Shown: positions 15,099 through 30,934 of the stretch, piece by piece
Position numbering within the stretch: the stretch's first letter is position 1
Layout of the letters: each line of letters starts with the position of its first letter
Translations under genes and position numbers: made by a program
The notes under the pieces: model-generated
Database searches by the model: none
Told to the model about the DNA's origin: nothing
The model's input: only the letters and a program-made list of their open reading frames with translations
DNA from: Octopus vulgaris
Taxonomy: Eukaryota
NCBI GenBank assembly: GCA_951406725.2
Contig: OX597820.1
Location: 38,812,001 to 38,876,000 of the forward strand
Reading direction: 5' to 3'
Length of the DNA: 64,000 bases

Positions 15099-15214
15099 TT
15101 AGAATAACTTAGAAAGGTTTTGGCCAGTATTGACCCAGGCCATGTCTAACTTAATAGCATATATATATGTATAAACATAACTGGATAAATAGATAGATAG
15201 GTACACACACAACA

Positions 15215-15292
<78 letters not shown>

Positions 15293-15524
15293 TGCACATA
15301 TATACATACATATGTGTGTGTGTGGTGTTGGTGGGTGTGTATACGGTCATTGCTTGTAAAAAACGTCAGTGACTGGTTTTATATACTGTCTTATGTGTGT
15401 CCTACTTACTATTTGATTCAAAATAGTACAGAAAAGACACAAACACCTTGCTATATACCAATCCTGATTTTCAAGCAATGACGTATACACACCCACCAAC
15501 ACCACACACACACATATGTATGTA

Positions 15525-15576
<52 letters not shown>

Positions 15577-15960
15577 TATTTATATATATGTATACACACC
15601 GGCAAGCAAAAAGCCAGTCTATATTTGGCTCCATCAAAGAATAATATATATTGTATGAGTGATTAAATGCCTAGACCAAACATGTAAGCTGTCATTGTTT
15701 TCTGAAATGCATTAGTGAAGTAACCAACCTTTGAGAGAAAAAGCACACGATCGATATTAGATCGTTGATCATGGTTAGGTTTTTGATATCAACTGTCCAC
15801 GTACCCCGCATCTGTTCAAGTATGCTTATATATTACAAAACCATTTATGCATAAAATCAGTCTTTTCCAAACACACATACGCGTCCGCACGCAAGCTCAC
15901 ACATTCGTATTGATAGATTTGCAACAAATATTATATGAATACACACGCATATACATATAA

Positions 15961-16009
<49 letters not shown>

Positions 16010-16236
16010 AGTCGCACGAGTTAGCTTTTCCATCTGACTTTTCAGCATGTCCACTTGCTCTACAGAAAATCTGTTCTTCCCACCCTGTCTCGAAGGAATT
16101 ACAATTTGCCCGTTCTCTCCTGAAATATTTACTAAAATATAAAGAAATACGTATACGGGTGTATATAAATATATGTGTGTATATAAATATACATCTAAGT
16201 TCGTGTGCCTCTGTGTGTTCCTTGTATAGATTTAGT

Positions 16237-16359
<123 letters not shown>

Positions 16360-17599
16360 CTATCTATCTATCTATTTATCTATCTAGAAAATGTGTATGT
16401 GCATATACTATATACGTACATGCACGCGTGCACACGCAATTGTGCTTACATACAAATACACAACAACGCGCGCGCGAACACACACACACATACACACACA
16501 CAAGCACACATATCAATGATCCTTCACAAGCAATAGACTGAGAAATAGAGTAATAAGGCCGGTTCTCCGGAATCTGTGGCGTAAATATCCATCCCCAACC
16601 ACCGCTGGATGAGACGCCAGTCCGTCGCAGAAATACTCATTTTTGCCTGCTTAGTAGAGTGAAACAATCTGAAATGAAGTGTGTTGCTCAAGAACAGAGC
16701 GCATCGCCCTGTCCAGAAATCAAAACGACAAACATATAATAATGAACGAAACACACTAATCTATATACCACGCATCTTCATAAATATACGTAGATACCTA
16801 CATACATACACACATTTATATAAACGTGACATATGATCTTGACGTGTGTATATATAACGTAGTACATGTACAGCTGAATTTGTTTGGCAAAAATTATATG
16901 ACTGCATTTGTACGGCACAGTTATATGACAAGTATTCGCGCGAATTATCTTTGAGAAACCTTTGTAATTCAAATATAGATAACGATGGAAATAGCATATT
17001 GTGCTAGTCTAGTAGCGTTTGCATGTACGTGTGGTTGCCTATTGAATTATGAGTGCAATATTTAGTATGTGGACATATGTAAGTGCATGTGAAATGTAAT
17101 TTTGAGGACATATGTTAGTGTTGATACGATGTACGTGTGAGTTTAATGTGTGAATGTATATCAATCCGTATCCATGTTTTTGAGTATAAGCGTATGTGTG
17201 TGTTGATACAAGCAAATATTTTTCTCCGTTTTTACATCAGAATTTCTGTTTTTATGAGTGTATGTGAGCGTGTGTGAGTGTGTATATGTCAGTGTATGTG
17301 ACAGTCTGTGCGTGTGCACGCGTGTGTTTGTGCATGCATGTATGTACGTACGTGTACGTGAGCGAGAGGCAGAGAGTGAGAGAGTATGTGATTGTGTGTT
17401 TGTATGCTTATGTGCGTGTGTCTGTGTGCACGAGTGCGTGCGCGCGCGTGTGTTTCCATATGTGTAAAAGACGATGTTGTTTTACAATTTTTTTAGATAT
17501 TCCCTAGAGAAGAAACGAAACTAGTTTCCTAATAACGGTTGATAGTTAAATAAATAAAACTAATTTGCATTTATGTTTTGTGTGCTTTGCCTTTATCAG

Positions 17600-18430
17600 G
17601 GTTTGCTCTCGTATCTTTTCTTTCTTTGCTTTAAACAGAAGCCAGCAGCAACACTTCAATATGTTAGACAGGAGGAGGTCATATTTGCTTCGCATATTAG
17701 TGGAGAAGTGTTTAAGCACTAGAGATTCAAATCAAATACACTGAACAGGGCAACAATTGTTTTCGATTTGTTTGCTGATGAAGCGGTATTTGTGGCAACT
17801 TTCTTTGATATTGCCATATTATTTGTGAAACATTTCTCGCATGCTGTTAAAATCTTTTGTTTAGCCTAAATCTTAAATGCAAATGCTTTTTTATTCACCA
17901 ACCCAAGACAACTCCTGAGCATAAAGGAGGAGTAAAACTCACCAAACCTGTCCTTAATACTCCAGTAAACTGCATAAAAATTGATAGGGACGATTTGAAA
18001 TAAGTTCTTTCCCTATTTGGAGAATAGAATTAATACAAGCGCCTCTCTTGATAGTGAGTTCTTTAATAGTTTGTCTAAAGCAACGACACATCCTATCGTA
18101 TATTGTTGGACTGAGTTTGGAACGTGAGATGCCTACTCTGAAAAGAAAATTTGATGAATGCGTACCTGCAGTAATTGCTACTTTACTCTACGAGTCTGAT
18201 ATTTGGACATTCTGTATGTCTCTATAGAAGAATTAGACACCTTCCAGAATCGTTGCTTCCATAAAACCAATACAGAGAATAATTGAGGTCGTAATGTTGA
18301 TGGCTTCAAGGAGAGTAGCATCCTAGATATTACAGCTTTTCTTATCCAGTTTCACTTTAGATGGATTGATCAAGTAATTCGGACTACATGGAAAACACCC
18401 AGTCCTGGTTTTCTGTTACATCGAACATTA
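17600..18430 (+). mobile_element. Degenerate RTE-clade LINE RT remnant
   Basis: FDLFADEAVFVA (cf. LFADD), FPYLENRINTSASLDSE (cf. F.YLGS...SLD.E), and TLLYESDIWT...LDTFQNRCF. Confidence 0.65.
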
Positions 18431-19516
18431 TAGATTTGTTTGAGTGATCATTACTAAGATTCAAAGATCAATTGAGTTCGAATTCATATATTTTTAAATG
18501 TATCCATACCATAATTTTAAATGAATATACATAGAATAGTGTTAATTATAGAAGCAAAAACTATGCTATGAACCATAGTAATTTTGTTCTCATGGTTAGT
18601 TCGGTATGCTGACAACATATGGGGAAAACGAGAATATTAATTCCAGCATGTCACCGTTTTGCTCTTCACTGTTTTCAATGCTATTATGACAACTGTCCGC
18701 TACTGGGCAGGTCTTGTGCATGTAAATCTTCTTGAGCACTTACTATATGTAAGGGCTCATACTCTCCACTGCTGTCGTCAAGTATATTTCTGGAATTTCG
18801 GCATCCATGACTGGGCTTGGGATGCATACTGGGATGGGTTTTTTTTTGTTGCTTTCTCCTGGCAGATGGCATTTGAACCCTGAATGTATAGATCCGGAAT
18901 ATATATATATATTTATATATATATATATATATATACCGTAAAGTATTTCTGACGACGCAGTAACGATTCTACCACACGCACACCGCGACATGAGATGAAG
19001 TATGTTTCTCACCGCCCGGTCCGGAAATCGACACTACGATCTAGCTATCGTAAGCGCAACACTATGATCACTGGGCCAACCGCCTCTACGAGAACTGTAC
19101 TCATGATTATAGATCTAAAGCTGGTTTGATGTCTTACAAAGACTTGATACTTTTGTGAGTTGCTGAAACATTGTGCGTTGAAATTGACAAGCGTTTCTTA
19201 TCACACAGGCATAAATATATAAAGTATAATAAAGACACATAGCATGATAACGAACTATAATATTTCATTAGAGAACAAGTCTGTGGCAAATAAATCCGTG
19301 TTACTTACACATGAAGTTTAAGCAATAAATATGACAAAGAAAAGTTGTAATATTTCCAATATTTTTGCTCTGATATTCTGCTTGAGTCGACTTAACTTTT
19401 ATTAACCAAGAAAGGAGACATTAAATAACGATAGCTTAGACTATCACTATACTTACATCATGTGAAGTTGCTAACAAGACTGCACTGAACACATTAATCT
19501 CTCTCTGTCTCTGTCA

Positions 19517-19973
<457 letters not shown>

Positions 19974-20229
19974 TTTCTATCTATCTTTCTTTCAATCAAT
20001 CTATCTATCGATCTATTTATTCCCCTTTGTCTTTCTGTATCTGTCTATCTTTTTCTCTTTCTCTCTATCTCACCTTCTGTCTGTCTGTCTGTCTGTCTCT
20101 CCCACTCTCTCCCCTCTCCCTCCCACTTTCCCCCCTCTCTCTCCCCGTTCATGTTTGGATATGCGTGTTTATGTATGTAGTTATGTATGTACTCATATAT
20201 GTTTTCTAAGATACTGACATCAGGCTTTC

Positions 20230-21130
20230 AGCAGAGATCAGACTTAGCATAAGATGCCCGCTACCTGCCTTCTAAACCTTAAACTTTGCATCAGAGAACT
20301 TTAGACTTGAGTGACATAAGAAATTCTGGTTAATGTGCTTCTGCAGACATTCATTACAGGTTCCATCCTTTCCATCATGGCTTTAGTAGCATGGTTTGTT
20401 TTACTCATAGCTGCATTGCAACATGTATTGGCGTGGCTTTCCTTGATCTCTCTATTACCAAGTATACTGTTTCCCGAAGTTCAGTTTAATGTCCTATAAT
20501 CGGAATGACATAAATGACCGTCTAGCATTTACTGCTACCCGCCACACACAAAGATAAGTACCATTCTTCGAATTCTATTTTCCTATCTAAAATGTTACTA
20601 CCTGTACGCAGGCAATATTCCAAGACCGCACATTCAAAACAGAGGATTCAACTGGTTGGAAAATACTCTTTTACCAACATAAATACAATTGCTAGATAGG
20701 AAGCTAGGAATCTATGAACCCAATAATGGAACTTATATCATGTCGCTACTACTACAAAAAATAACTGCCAAATGACTCTCAACCATACCATCGTTTATAA
20801 AGAGCATATTGCAATTCTGGAAAAGCAGATCAGAAAACAAGCAATACTGGCGTAACTAGAACGTCTTCGACCAGGAGTCTGCACTACGGGAGTTGACAAG
20901 TGGCTAAACAATACCATCAAGTTTCTTATAAATCTCTTGTTTCTCTCTTCTGTCTCTCCTATGTGGCATCTGCTTCTCTGAAATTTTAAAGGGGACACTG
21001 TCTCCACTCAAAGGACCTTAAATTTCTCAATGTCTCTATTAAGCCCCAACTACAGATTCCATCCTTAATGATTTGCTCAATTATTTCCACCAAGATTCTC
21101 TCCCAGCTTACAACATTCAGAAATTAACTT
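20230..21130 (-). mobile_element. Possible LINE APE-endonuclease remnant
   Basis: Scattered minus-strand pieces (WGLIET, WLRV, SDYR cf. SDHR) in APE order. Very degenerate. Confidence 0.3.
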
Positions 21131-24100
21131 TGAACACTTGCCTATTTTTTGGGCCAGAAAAGTCATAAATTCTGACTCTTGTCTATTGATTTATAGGTAA
21201 ACAGAAAAATTTACATTTTTATTTTAACTTTTTTTGTAGCAGGTATGTGCTAAGGCCGATTTAATCAAATATTCCCCGACACTCCAGAAATATTGGACTT
21301 TTTCTCAGTTTACGAAATGTTTCTTAAATTTATATAAAGTAAATCAATAATGTGTGTGTGAGTGTATGTGATAACCACTTTGAATACTCAGATAACAAAT
21401 CCTTGGATCTGGACAAGTTAACTGGGAAGAAGAATGCGCTCTCTAAGCTTTTCCCGCATTCAATTTGAACTCAAAATTACTAAATACTCGTTGGTTACGT
21501 GATGTTTTTTTTTTTAATGTAGTTAGTTATCTTAACCTATGACACTTATTGAAAACTAGATGAATTGGTCTGCGAATTGTTAGGTGCGCTGCTTTAGATA
21601 CGGTGCCAGGTCAAGGTGAGTATGCGAACTATCGACCCTTTAGCTACCACGAACAAAATCTTATTCCCTCGGCTATTAGTCACCAGAACGTATATTACTT
21701 GATAATTCGCTATAATTGGCCCATTGATTCTTTCAACAAAGACATTCTCGACAAAAGGCTATAGAAATGGCTTCAATCTAAAATTGATTATAGATGCAGT
21801 TCATCAATAGCTGAGCATCATTTGATGACACTGATCTCTTCTTATTTGTCTGTACAAAAACCAAAATAAAGAACTAAATAAATAAACACGGCATGATTCC
21901 TCGTTAGAAAGGTTTTAAAAATCGATGAGATGATACAACAATGCTTGAACCCCGGATTAAAAGTGTTACACAACATCGTTTTTTTTTTTTGCTCAACTTT
22001 CTGAAACTACATCTCACCGAAATTTGATTTGCTTTTTATCCCTCTGCACTCGATTAGATAAAAAAGCAGTAATAAGATATGGTCAATGTCCTCCATTAAT
22101 ATCGCACCCTAAAATTTCACTTCTGGTGCGCCTTTATAATCTTAAACCATGCAAAAATAAATGCAATAACCTTCCGTTTCCTGGTTTCTCTATTGATTTT
22201 AATCAGTACACTAGGAATTCAAGTATTTGCATGTATAAACATCATTAACAGCTTGCATTTCATATTATTTTGTATATACTTGACACCCAATGCACAAAGG
22301 AGAATTTTAATAAAGTCTTCGATTTCCTTTTGTTTTTAAAGATTATGTGAGAAAACTCTGGTGGTATGTTTCATGACTGCACTCTAATTCCAACGTTAAT
22401 GGTCTTACACATTGGCTCAAGACCAAAGATTTCTAGGTCAAGCGCATAATCGTTTTGAATTATGAGCAAAGTTAACTATATTGACTTCAAAACTACGAAA
22501 GTCAAATATGCCAAAGTGGATTTTGAATTCAGTTGATAAAAATATGAAACTAACAGTTGTGAAATTAAAAATCTTGTTCCCTATTAGCTTCTCTACTTTT
22601 CCATATTTATTGTAGGAAAAAAATTGTTTCATATGAAAATAAGGCTCCAGATTTTATGTAAGAGATCATAATCGTTTGAATCAAATCACTTGCATCACAT
22701 ACCTTTAGCTTACAGAAAGCGTAGATCTATGATTAAGAGATTTTACTTTGTAGTAATTTTCCGTTTCTAACCCACTGTATGGGACGTAGAATAACCTTGA
22801 GATCGATAAAATCTTGTGAGTAAAATATGGTGGACTGTCAGGCAGTTTAGCATCACCTCCTGGACCTTGGACGCATTTAACGGAGACCGTTCTACATTCA
22901 GTTTAGGTCTACAGTATAAGGATGAACTTTTCATACCTCCATCCACAGATGTATTGAAAGGATTTTTCGATGTTCCTCATCTTCTTTTTTATTACGATAT
23001 CAAGAAAACATTCTTCGGCCTGAAAACTCAATGTAAGCCTGCCCTGGGTTTGAACTCATTACACAGATAAGACGACATTAATTTATGCCTGGCACTTAGT
23101 CCATTTTCTACATCTTCCTCCATTCTACCACCCCCGTTTAGCAAAAAGAGAATTAGAGCCAAATATAAGTTGGAAAAATAGACAGGTGAAGCTAATTTTC
23201 CCCAGCTTATATTAAGTTTGAGATGTTTAGAGCATTCCCAATTGAGTTAGTAAATCAATAAAACACTCAACTATATCCACCTTATTTTTGCAGGACATGT
23301 GCACATACCTAACAAAACAAGCTATACAACGAAAGAAAAGCTCCCATAGTGAAAGGTTCACCAAGGACTTTCGTAAGCTAGAAGTAGCAATTGAATTACC
23401 ACCAAAATCAGACATTGTTGTCTTAAAATATTAAACAGGATAAACAGTGTTGTAAAAGAAAAAAAGAAAAAGAAAATATACAGAGTAGTCATAGCATGAA
23501 TTTCTTTGAACATAAGTCTGCCATTAGAGCTGACTTATGACTAGAAAGCAACAACAATATAACAACAATGTAACATCTCGTTGAGCTGAATCAGTGTCCA
23601 GATTTTAATTATTGATTATAAGCATCTCGGTACTTGTCGAGTATCAATACTCTAAAGAATGAATGTCACTATTTATCATTTGTCGCCGAATGAAATATCA
23701 CAAACTGCAGGCTTTATATCAGAAAAAACTTGTTGGATTTTCTTTACCCATATGTCATCTAATTTTCAGTATTCCGTTTTTATCCTTCTACTTCTCCTTC
23801 TGCTTTTCCTTCTCCTCGTTCTCATCATCATTGTTATTATTTGTTTTTACATAATCTTGAAGACGATATCTAGGACAAAAAAGTTGGAACAAGTACATTA
23901 TAAACGTAATTACAGTAATGAATATTGAGTACCTTACAATCATTCTGACAATATATATTAATGTTATTATTTACAAAATACCGATGTTTTGGGTGTTCAG
24001 ATTTAATGGTCCACATGTAGTATATTACCATTATAATGAGAAATCAATACGAAATCGACTCTGAGTATTTTTGAACGCATAAAATTGCAGTGTATTATAA

Positions 24101-24779
24101 ATACCAGTAGAGTCGCCACTTTTGCATATCATTTTAATATATTTTTAATCTGGAAACAGACGTATTCGCGCTCACACCATAATAGCCACATAGACGTCTC
24201 ATGTAAAAAACAGAACTACTGATTGTCAAACCTTCAATATGATACAAGAGTGATCCTTCGCCATTCAGGAATTTGGTAAAAATAAGGTCTTTGAGCTTGA
24301 TATCAGTAAAGCATGCATAACATTAGAATCACTTGTCTAAACAAATCAGGTGTATACCCCACCTTACTCTCATTTTTGGGTCAGAAGCTTTCTGCCAGAT
24401 CGTACCATCGTTGCTTCTGCAAGTGGACCTCAATCATCCCCATACTCTGTCAGCGCATATCGTGTAGGTTATCAAATCACGCGTCTTTCAAGCATCGCTT
24501 ATATCACTGAAAATATTTTTCTTTTACATGAAATACTCAATTCTTATATCGCTAACAAAGCTCACACATGCTTAATAATAAAAAAGAAAATTTCATTTAT
24601 TTTTGATCTATTTTAACCTCGTCTAATAAATTTTGTAATATCTCCTTGAACCGAAACATAATGGGAATGTGATACACTGTAAAAATCAAGAAAGCAATCT
24701 TGAAACTTTTATTTTGTACTTGACACAAAGCAGTTTGAAGCTACAAATTCATTACAATTTTTTGTAGTTTACATTAACT

Positions 24780-25270
24780 TCATAGCGCCTTAGAATCCTA
24801 TTGTGATAACACTGCAGATTTGTGTCTGAAGTACTGGCCTTTCCTTACAAGGTTAGGCTATGCATGAACTTCTCTATTGCTGACTGTATAAAACTCAATA
24901 GAAACACACTGTGAAATACTGCTTCAACATATGGCGTCCTCCTGCTTCTATGCACAGAAGCATTCATGATCACATTCAAAAGAAAACCAAGCGGTTAATT
25001 GACAAAAATTACTTAACAGCTTATAACAATCACTTGACCACAGAATGCTCTCATCTAGCGTAGCCTTTTCTACTGTACCATAAAGACCACAATCAGCAGG
25101 AACTGTCTATTTTAGTACCACTACAAATCGAAACGTACCAATGTTCCGATTTCTCTTCCTTTTTATTTTTATCAGACATACTACCTCATCCACTCACATC
25201 TCATATAAATAATCACCATATTCGTCACTCCAGAATCAACCTTCTGGAATTTGTTTTGTATCTACGTTTG
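24780..25270 (+). mobile_element. CR1/Jockey-like LINE 3' remnant
   Basis: LLT.YKTQ...KYCFNIWRPPASMHRSIHDHIQKKTKRLID resembles LYK..IRP.LEYC..IW...LD.IQ..A.RLI. Confidence 0.55.
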
Positions 25271-25866
25271 TTTTGCAGATATTGATGTGATAATATCTAA
25301 GCTGTACATTAAATTTTCAATACAACAAATGCCAGAAAACAATGGCACAGCACCTTCTTTACAACTAAAACATTGCAGAATAAAAGTAAACCTTTAAACC
25401 AACCATTGTATTACTGCTATAATCAGCTATATTGTATATTGAGCTATACACATCAGGAATTTAAAAAGCAAGACAACGGAGATGACTTGTACACCAAACA
25501 TTCAAATTGCCTTTCCTACTGATGCACACATCTGTTAGCCATTTGACACCGTCATATCTATTTACAACAATACGGCTGCAGGCAATATGAATTAAACATA
25601 TTGGCAACATAAACTATATTCGGGCGCTCGATGGACATGAAATTATCATCTTTCGATAAGAACCCTCCATTCGAGAGATTTATTCAGCTATTTTCCGGGT
25701 TAAATTAAAAGTCATATAACACTTTTCATCTGTAATATCGCATATCATAATTACAATTGGTGTTTGTATACATGCATGTATACTTATACATACATAGATA
25801 CATATATATGTGATAAAAGGTGGTTTGTTTCTAATTTATATATATATATAAACATATACATACATA

Positions 25867-25897
<31 letters not shown>

Positions 25898-25898
25898 C

Positions 25899-25946
<48 letters not shown>

Positions 25947-26273
25947 TAGATATATACATACAGAGAGGGAGAGTCAGACGGACATACAAACCAATAGATA
26001 AATAGATAGATAGGTATATATTATGTAAAATTAAAATTTGAACGGCATATTTTACCACAGTAGTGTACCACTGCTTTATCTCCAATATGGTGAAACAGAG
26101 CGAATTTAACAATAAAGACATATGTTCTAAAATTATAATAAAAACAAGACATTCAGGTGTAACAAATAAAGCATGCATAGAAATATAAACAAACGTCATC
26201 CTATTAGAACGGATGCCTTAATCGAGTTCTCATATATATAAAATGTTGAGCAGATGCAAAAGAACATACAATT

Positions 26274-26720
26274 AGGCGTGGTCGTGCGTTAAGATTTGGG
26301 CTTGCAAACCATGCGGTATTGGATTCAGCACCACTGCGTGGTACACTGGGCAAGTGTCTTCTACTAGAGCCTGGTAGACAAAAACTGTGAGAAGCCCTTC
26401 ATATATGCATACATACTCAGATATATATATATATATATATATATCGTACATGTGAGTGTGAGTGTGTGCGTGTGTGTGTGTGTGTGTATGTATGTGTGTG
26501 TGTGTGTGTGTTTATGTGTGTGTGAGTGTGCGTTTATGTGAGTGTGCGTTTATGTGTGTGTGTGTGTATGTCATTGTGTTTCTTCTCCCTCACTGCTTGA
26601 CAACCCCGTAACTTAGCGAGCTGGCAAAAGTTAAACGTTTCAATAAATACTGGACTTAAAATTCAAGTACTAAGGTTGATCTATTTGTTCCACTAAAACG
26701 TTCAGGTCGTTACACAAGCT
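26274..26720 (+). mobile_element. SINE family A, diverged
   Basis: ggcgtggtcgtgcgttaag...ccactgcgtggtacactgggcaagtgtcttctac, then a microsatellite, then cgtaacttagcg in the tail. Partial copies at 41432-41590, 43145-43310, 44065-44260, 48300-48482 and 60165-60275. Confidence 0.7.
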
Positions 26721-27120
26721 TATCAGCAGTTCGACAACTGAGACAACAGATATTAATCTAGTATTTAATGATATTTTAAAGTAATCTTGGTAAATATATC
26801 TGTTAAAGTGAGATGTCTGTGTTATTTCAATTTTTACGTAATTTATACATATATAATATATATCCACACATATGTATGTATGTATATATATATATGCGTT
26901 TACATATATGTACATCACTGTGCAAGTATGGACAAATCATCATGATAATGTTCTATTCCATTATGACCCACAGCTAATTTTTTTCCAACCTAAAAAGAAC
27001 CTCGAAAATCGATAATTAAATGAGAGTAACAGTGTGGTCGATACGATCCACAAACCTAATGGAGGCAGTACCCCACATAGCTGCAGATCTTTTACTGAAA
27101 GATAGAAAATGATCACGGAA

Positions 27121-27175
<55 letters not shown>

Positions 27176-27214
27176 GTATCTATCTATCTATCTATCTATC
27201 TATCCATCTATCCG

Positions 27215-27301
<87 letters not shown>

Positions 27302-27323
27302 GTCTATCTCTCTATGTGTGTGT

Positions 27324-27380
<57 letters not shown>

Positions 27381-27818
27381 CACCATCACCATCATCGTCA
27401 TCTTCTCCTTCTCCTTCTCCTTCTTCTTCTTCTTCTTCTTCTTCTTCTTCTTCTTCTTCTTCTTCTCCACCCCCTACCCCTTAAGTTTGTCACTAATGTT
27501 TTTTAGTATAACACCTACGCTAATTCTATAAACAAGCCTGTCAATATAAGTATTCTCCTGAATTGAACTGAGACTGCCAGCCGCCACTGACCATTCAAAA
27601 TACGACCATCAGGGCACTCCCAGATTCTCCCACCCCCTTTCCTCACCAGCCTTCCCTCTACTACCCTACCAAGAACTCACAACTACCTCGAACACACAAG
27701 TGCAAACAAGGGAGTCAGAGAAAGGCAGAATGCCACTTAAATCTGAACACTACTATAGAAATATTCTTTTAAAAAAACTTTTCTTCTAATTTTTCTAAAT
27801 TTAATTATTTAATCGTTA

Positions 27819-27856
27819 CAGTTGAAAAGGTCTCAAAATGACCGAAACCGGTACTG
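27819..27856 (+). ncRNA. Minimal hammerhead ribozyme with U3-A8 compensatory core
   Basis: CAG-TTGAAAA-GGTC-tcaaaat-GACC-GAAA-CCGG-TA-CTG. The core has C3U plus G8A, helix III is the palindrome ACCGGT, and the cleavage site is GUA. Confidence 0.75.
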
Positions 27857-27909
27857 AAATGTTCACTATAAAATTATTTTACCATTTTCTATTTTTCACT
27901 TGTTTTTTC

Positions 27910-27991
<82 letters not shown>

Positions 27992-28235
27992 GTGTGGGTA
28001 TGTGTTTCTGTGTATATATATATTCATTAAATATATATGCATGTTATTTTTCGTGGGTACATTTAAATCACACACTCCTTAACAAATTCACCGACGGGCA
28101 CAGGCGCCGACATGTATACATATATGTGCCTATATGTTGGTATCTCTTGAGTTCAAAACCATTTACTCTATCTCCGATCCGAACTCTGTCGCCCATCATC
28201 GCACTCTCACCACACATACGCGTGAATATATATAT

Positions 28236-28648
28236 TCTTTTATTCTTTTACTTGTTTCAGTCATTTTGACTGCGGCCATGCTGGAGCACTGTTTTTAGTC
28301 GTGCAAACCGACCCCATGACTTATTTTTTGTAAGCCTAGTACTTATTTTATCGGCTTCTTTTGCCGAACTGTTAAATTACGGGGACGTAAACACAACAGC
28401 ATCGGTTGTCATGCGATGTTGGGGGAGGGGGCACACACACACAAATACACACATACATATATACACACACACATACATATATATACGACAGGCTTCTTTC
28501 AGTTTCCCTCTACCAAATCGACTCACAAGGCTTTGGTTTGCCCGTGGCTATAGTAAAAGATACTTGCCCAAGGTGCTACGCAGTGGGACTGAACCCGGAA
28601 CCGTGAGATTGGTAAGCAAGGTACTTACCACACAACCACTCCTGCGGC
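28236..28648 (-). mobile_element. SINE family A, full length
   Basis: Same head, CORE-like block and tail as 11291-11692. Confidence 0.85.
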
Positions 28649-28706
<58 letters not shown>

Positions 28707-28801
28707 TGTGTGTTTGTGTGTGTGTGTGTGTGTGTGCATGTGTGTGTGTGTGTGCATGTGTGTGTGCCAGAGTATTTGTGCGATTTGTTTTGAATATCTA
28801 G

Positions 28802-28846
<45 letters not shown>

Positions 28847-28920
28847 GTATATATGCTCACACATCCAGATACACAACTCGCACACAAACATACACACATA
28901 CATACATGTTTGTGTATGTG

Positions 28921-28963
<43 letters not shown>

Positions 28964-29769
28964 ATATATACAGAGAGAGGGAAGAAAGAGAGAGATAGTG
29001 AGAATAAAACAGAGACGTAGAGCAGTAAACACCCATTTAATATGTAAATAACTGATCATATTTTGGCAGAGCAGGTTTGTAGGTGTGGCATGACTTCTAT
29101 TAAGTATTACGGATATATACAATATTATTAATTTACTAGTTTAATTTAAACCATAATGCATGCTAATAAGACCGAATATTGCGCTGTTCATATTACATTA
29201 TCAATAAAACACAAACTTAATCGTATATCTGGGGCTATTGATTTTTTACTATATTATTTACTTATTAAATAGTTCATGTATATCTCAGATATAACCTGTA
29301 AGTAATTAGTAGATATTTGGATATCATAGCGTGATACAAATATCAGCAAAGGTGCAGAATCAATTCTGAAATATTTATCTTAGAGCCGAAATAGTAGAAT
29401 AACACAATGTGTTTGCCAATATGTGCATAAATACATGCATGCATACATACATACATACATACATACATATACTCATTTATAGTGATTAACCAAAATTCAA
29501 ACAAGAGCGAGAGGTCTATTTATTCCATTTGTTGACTGTTGTTCCGTTTGTTGTCAGTCGTTTCCAGTTACACTATCACGTTACTATATCCAGTTACTGT
29601 GAGCACTATTGGATTCTCTAAATCCCTGTGCCTGTTTGATATGTCTGTCTATGTATGTATGTATGTATGTATGTATGTATGTATGTATGTATGTATGTAT
29701 GTATGTATGTACGTTTGTATGTATGTATGTATGTATGTATCTATCTATATATCTATCTATCTAATATTG

Positions 29770-30059
29770 ACCGAGGTTACCGTGGTCTTTTCCGTAGGCT
29801 TTACTTCCCACGGATAAACCTTGTTTGCTTCCCCTTTACACCTTACATCATGACACTGTGATACACGATCTGATCGTTTTTTCTTTTCCTTTTTTGTTTC
29901 TTTTCTATTCTTTTTTTCTTCTTCTTTCTGCCTTCCCTTTTACGATCCCTTTTAATTGAAAACCTACCCCACCTTTATATTTTTTCTCTCCCCCAAAATG
30001 AAAAGCTCTACTTTGTAATCTGCCCCGCCTGTGTGCAGCCCTGTGTGGCTAATAAAGAA

Positions 30060-30061
<2 letters not shown>
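29770..30061 (+). mobile_element. 3' UTR-like end of a non-LTR element terminating in (TCTA)n
   Basis: Pyrimidine-rich tract ending ...gtgcagccctgtgtggctAATAAAgaaa directly before a (TCTA)n array. The tail is shared with the SINE at 52699-52929. Confidence 0.5.
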
Positions 30062-30135
<74 letters not shown>

Positions 30136-30140
30136 GTCTG

Positions 30141-30313
<173 letters not shown>

Positions 30314-30871
30314 GGATATAGATATAAAGAGAGATAATGGGCTGTGTGCGTGCGTGTATGTGAACTCATTTATATGCATTGCATTATAAATACATACATT
30401 ACTTGTATTCAATATGTATGGTTCCCTGTTTGCATGAACGTGCGAAGATATTTAAATACTTGTACAATTGTTTCTTCCTCTACATTTGCTATGGCGTACC
30501 ACACGCAAAGTTGACTCGTTTATTCGTTCAAAATCTTCGCATGATCCATTCATCTGATACCCTTGTTCTAAACTTGCTTTTCATGCTTCGCAGATTTTTC
30601 CAATTATCGCATTTCTCTCGACGTGTTCAATAATACCAAATTTTGAAGTGTAATTTGAGCAGTACCACGATATGCACACACACACACACACACACATGCG
30701 CGCACACACGCAAGCATACACACACACATCAACACACACACACACACACAAGCAGATACACACACTCACAAGCACGCACATATCCACAAACACACTCATT
30801 GTGTATCTATCTGTTAATTTATCGATATACATATACGTTTATGCATCTACATATACATGTGTGTGTGCGTA

Positions 30872-30934
<63 letters not shown>

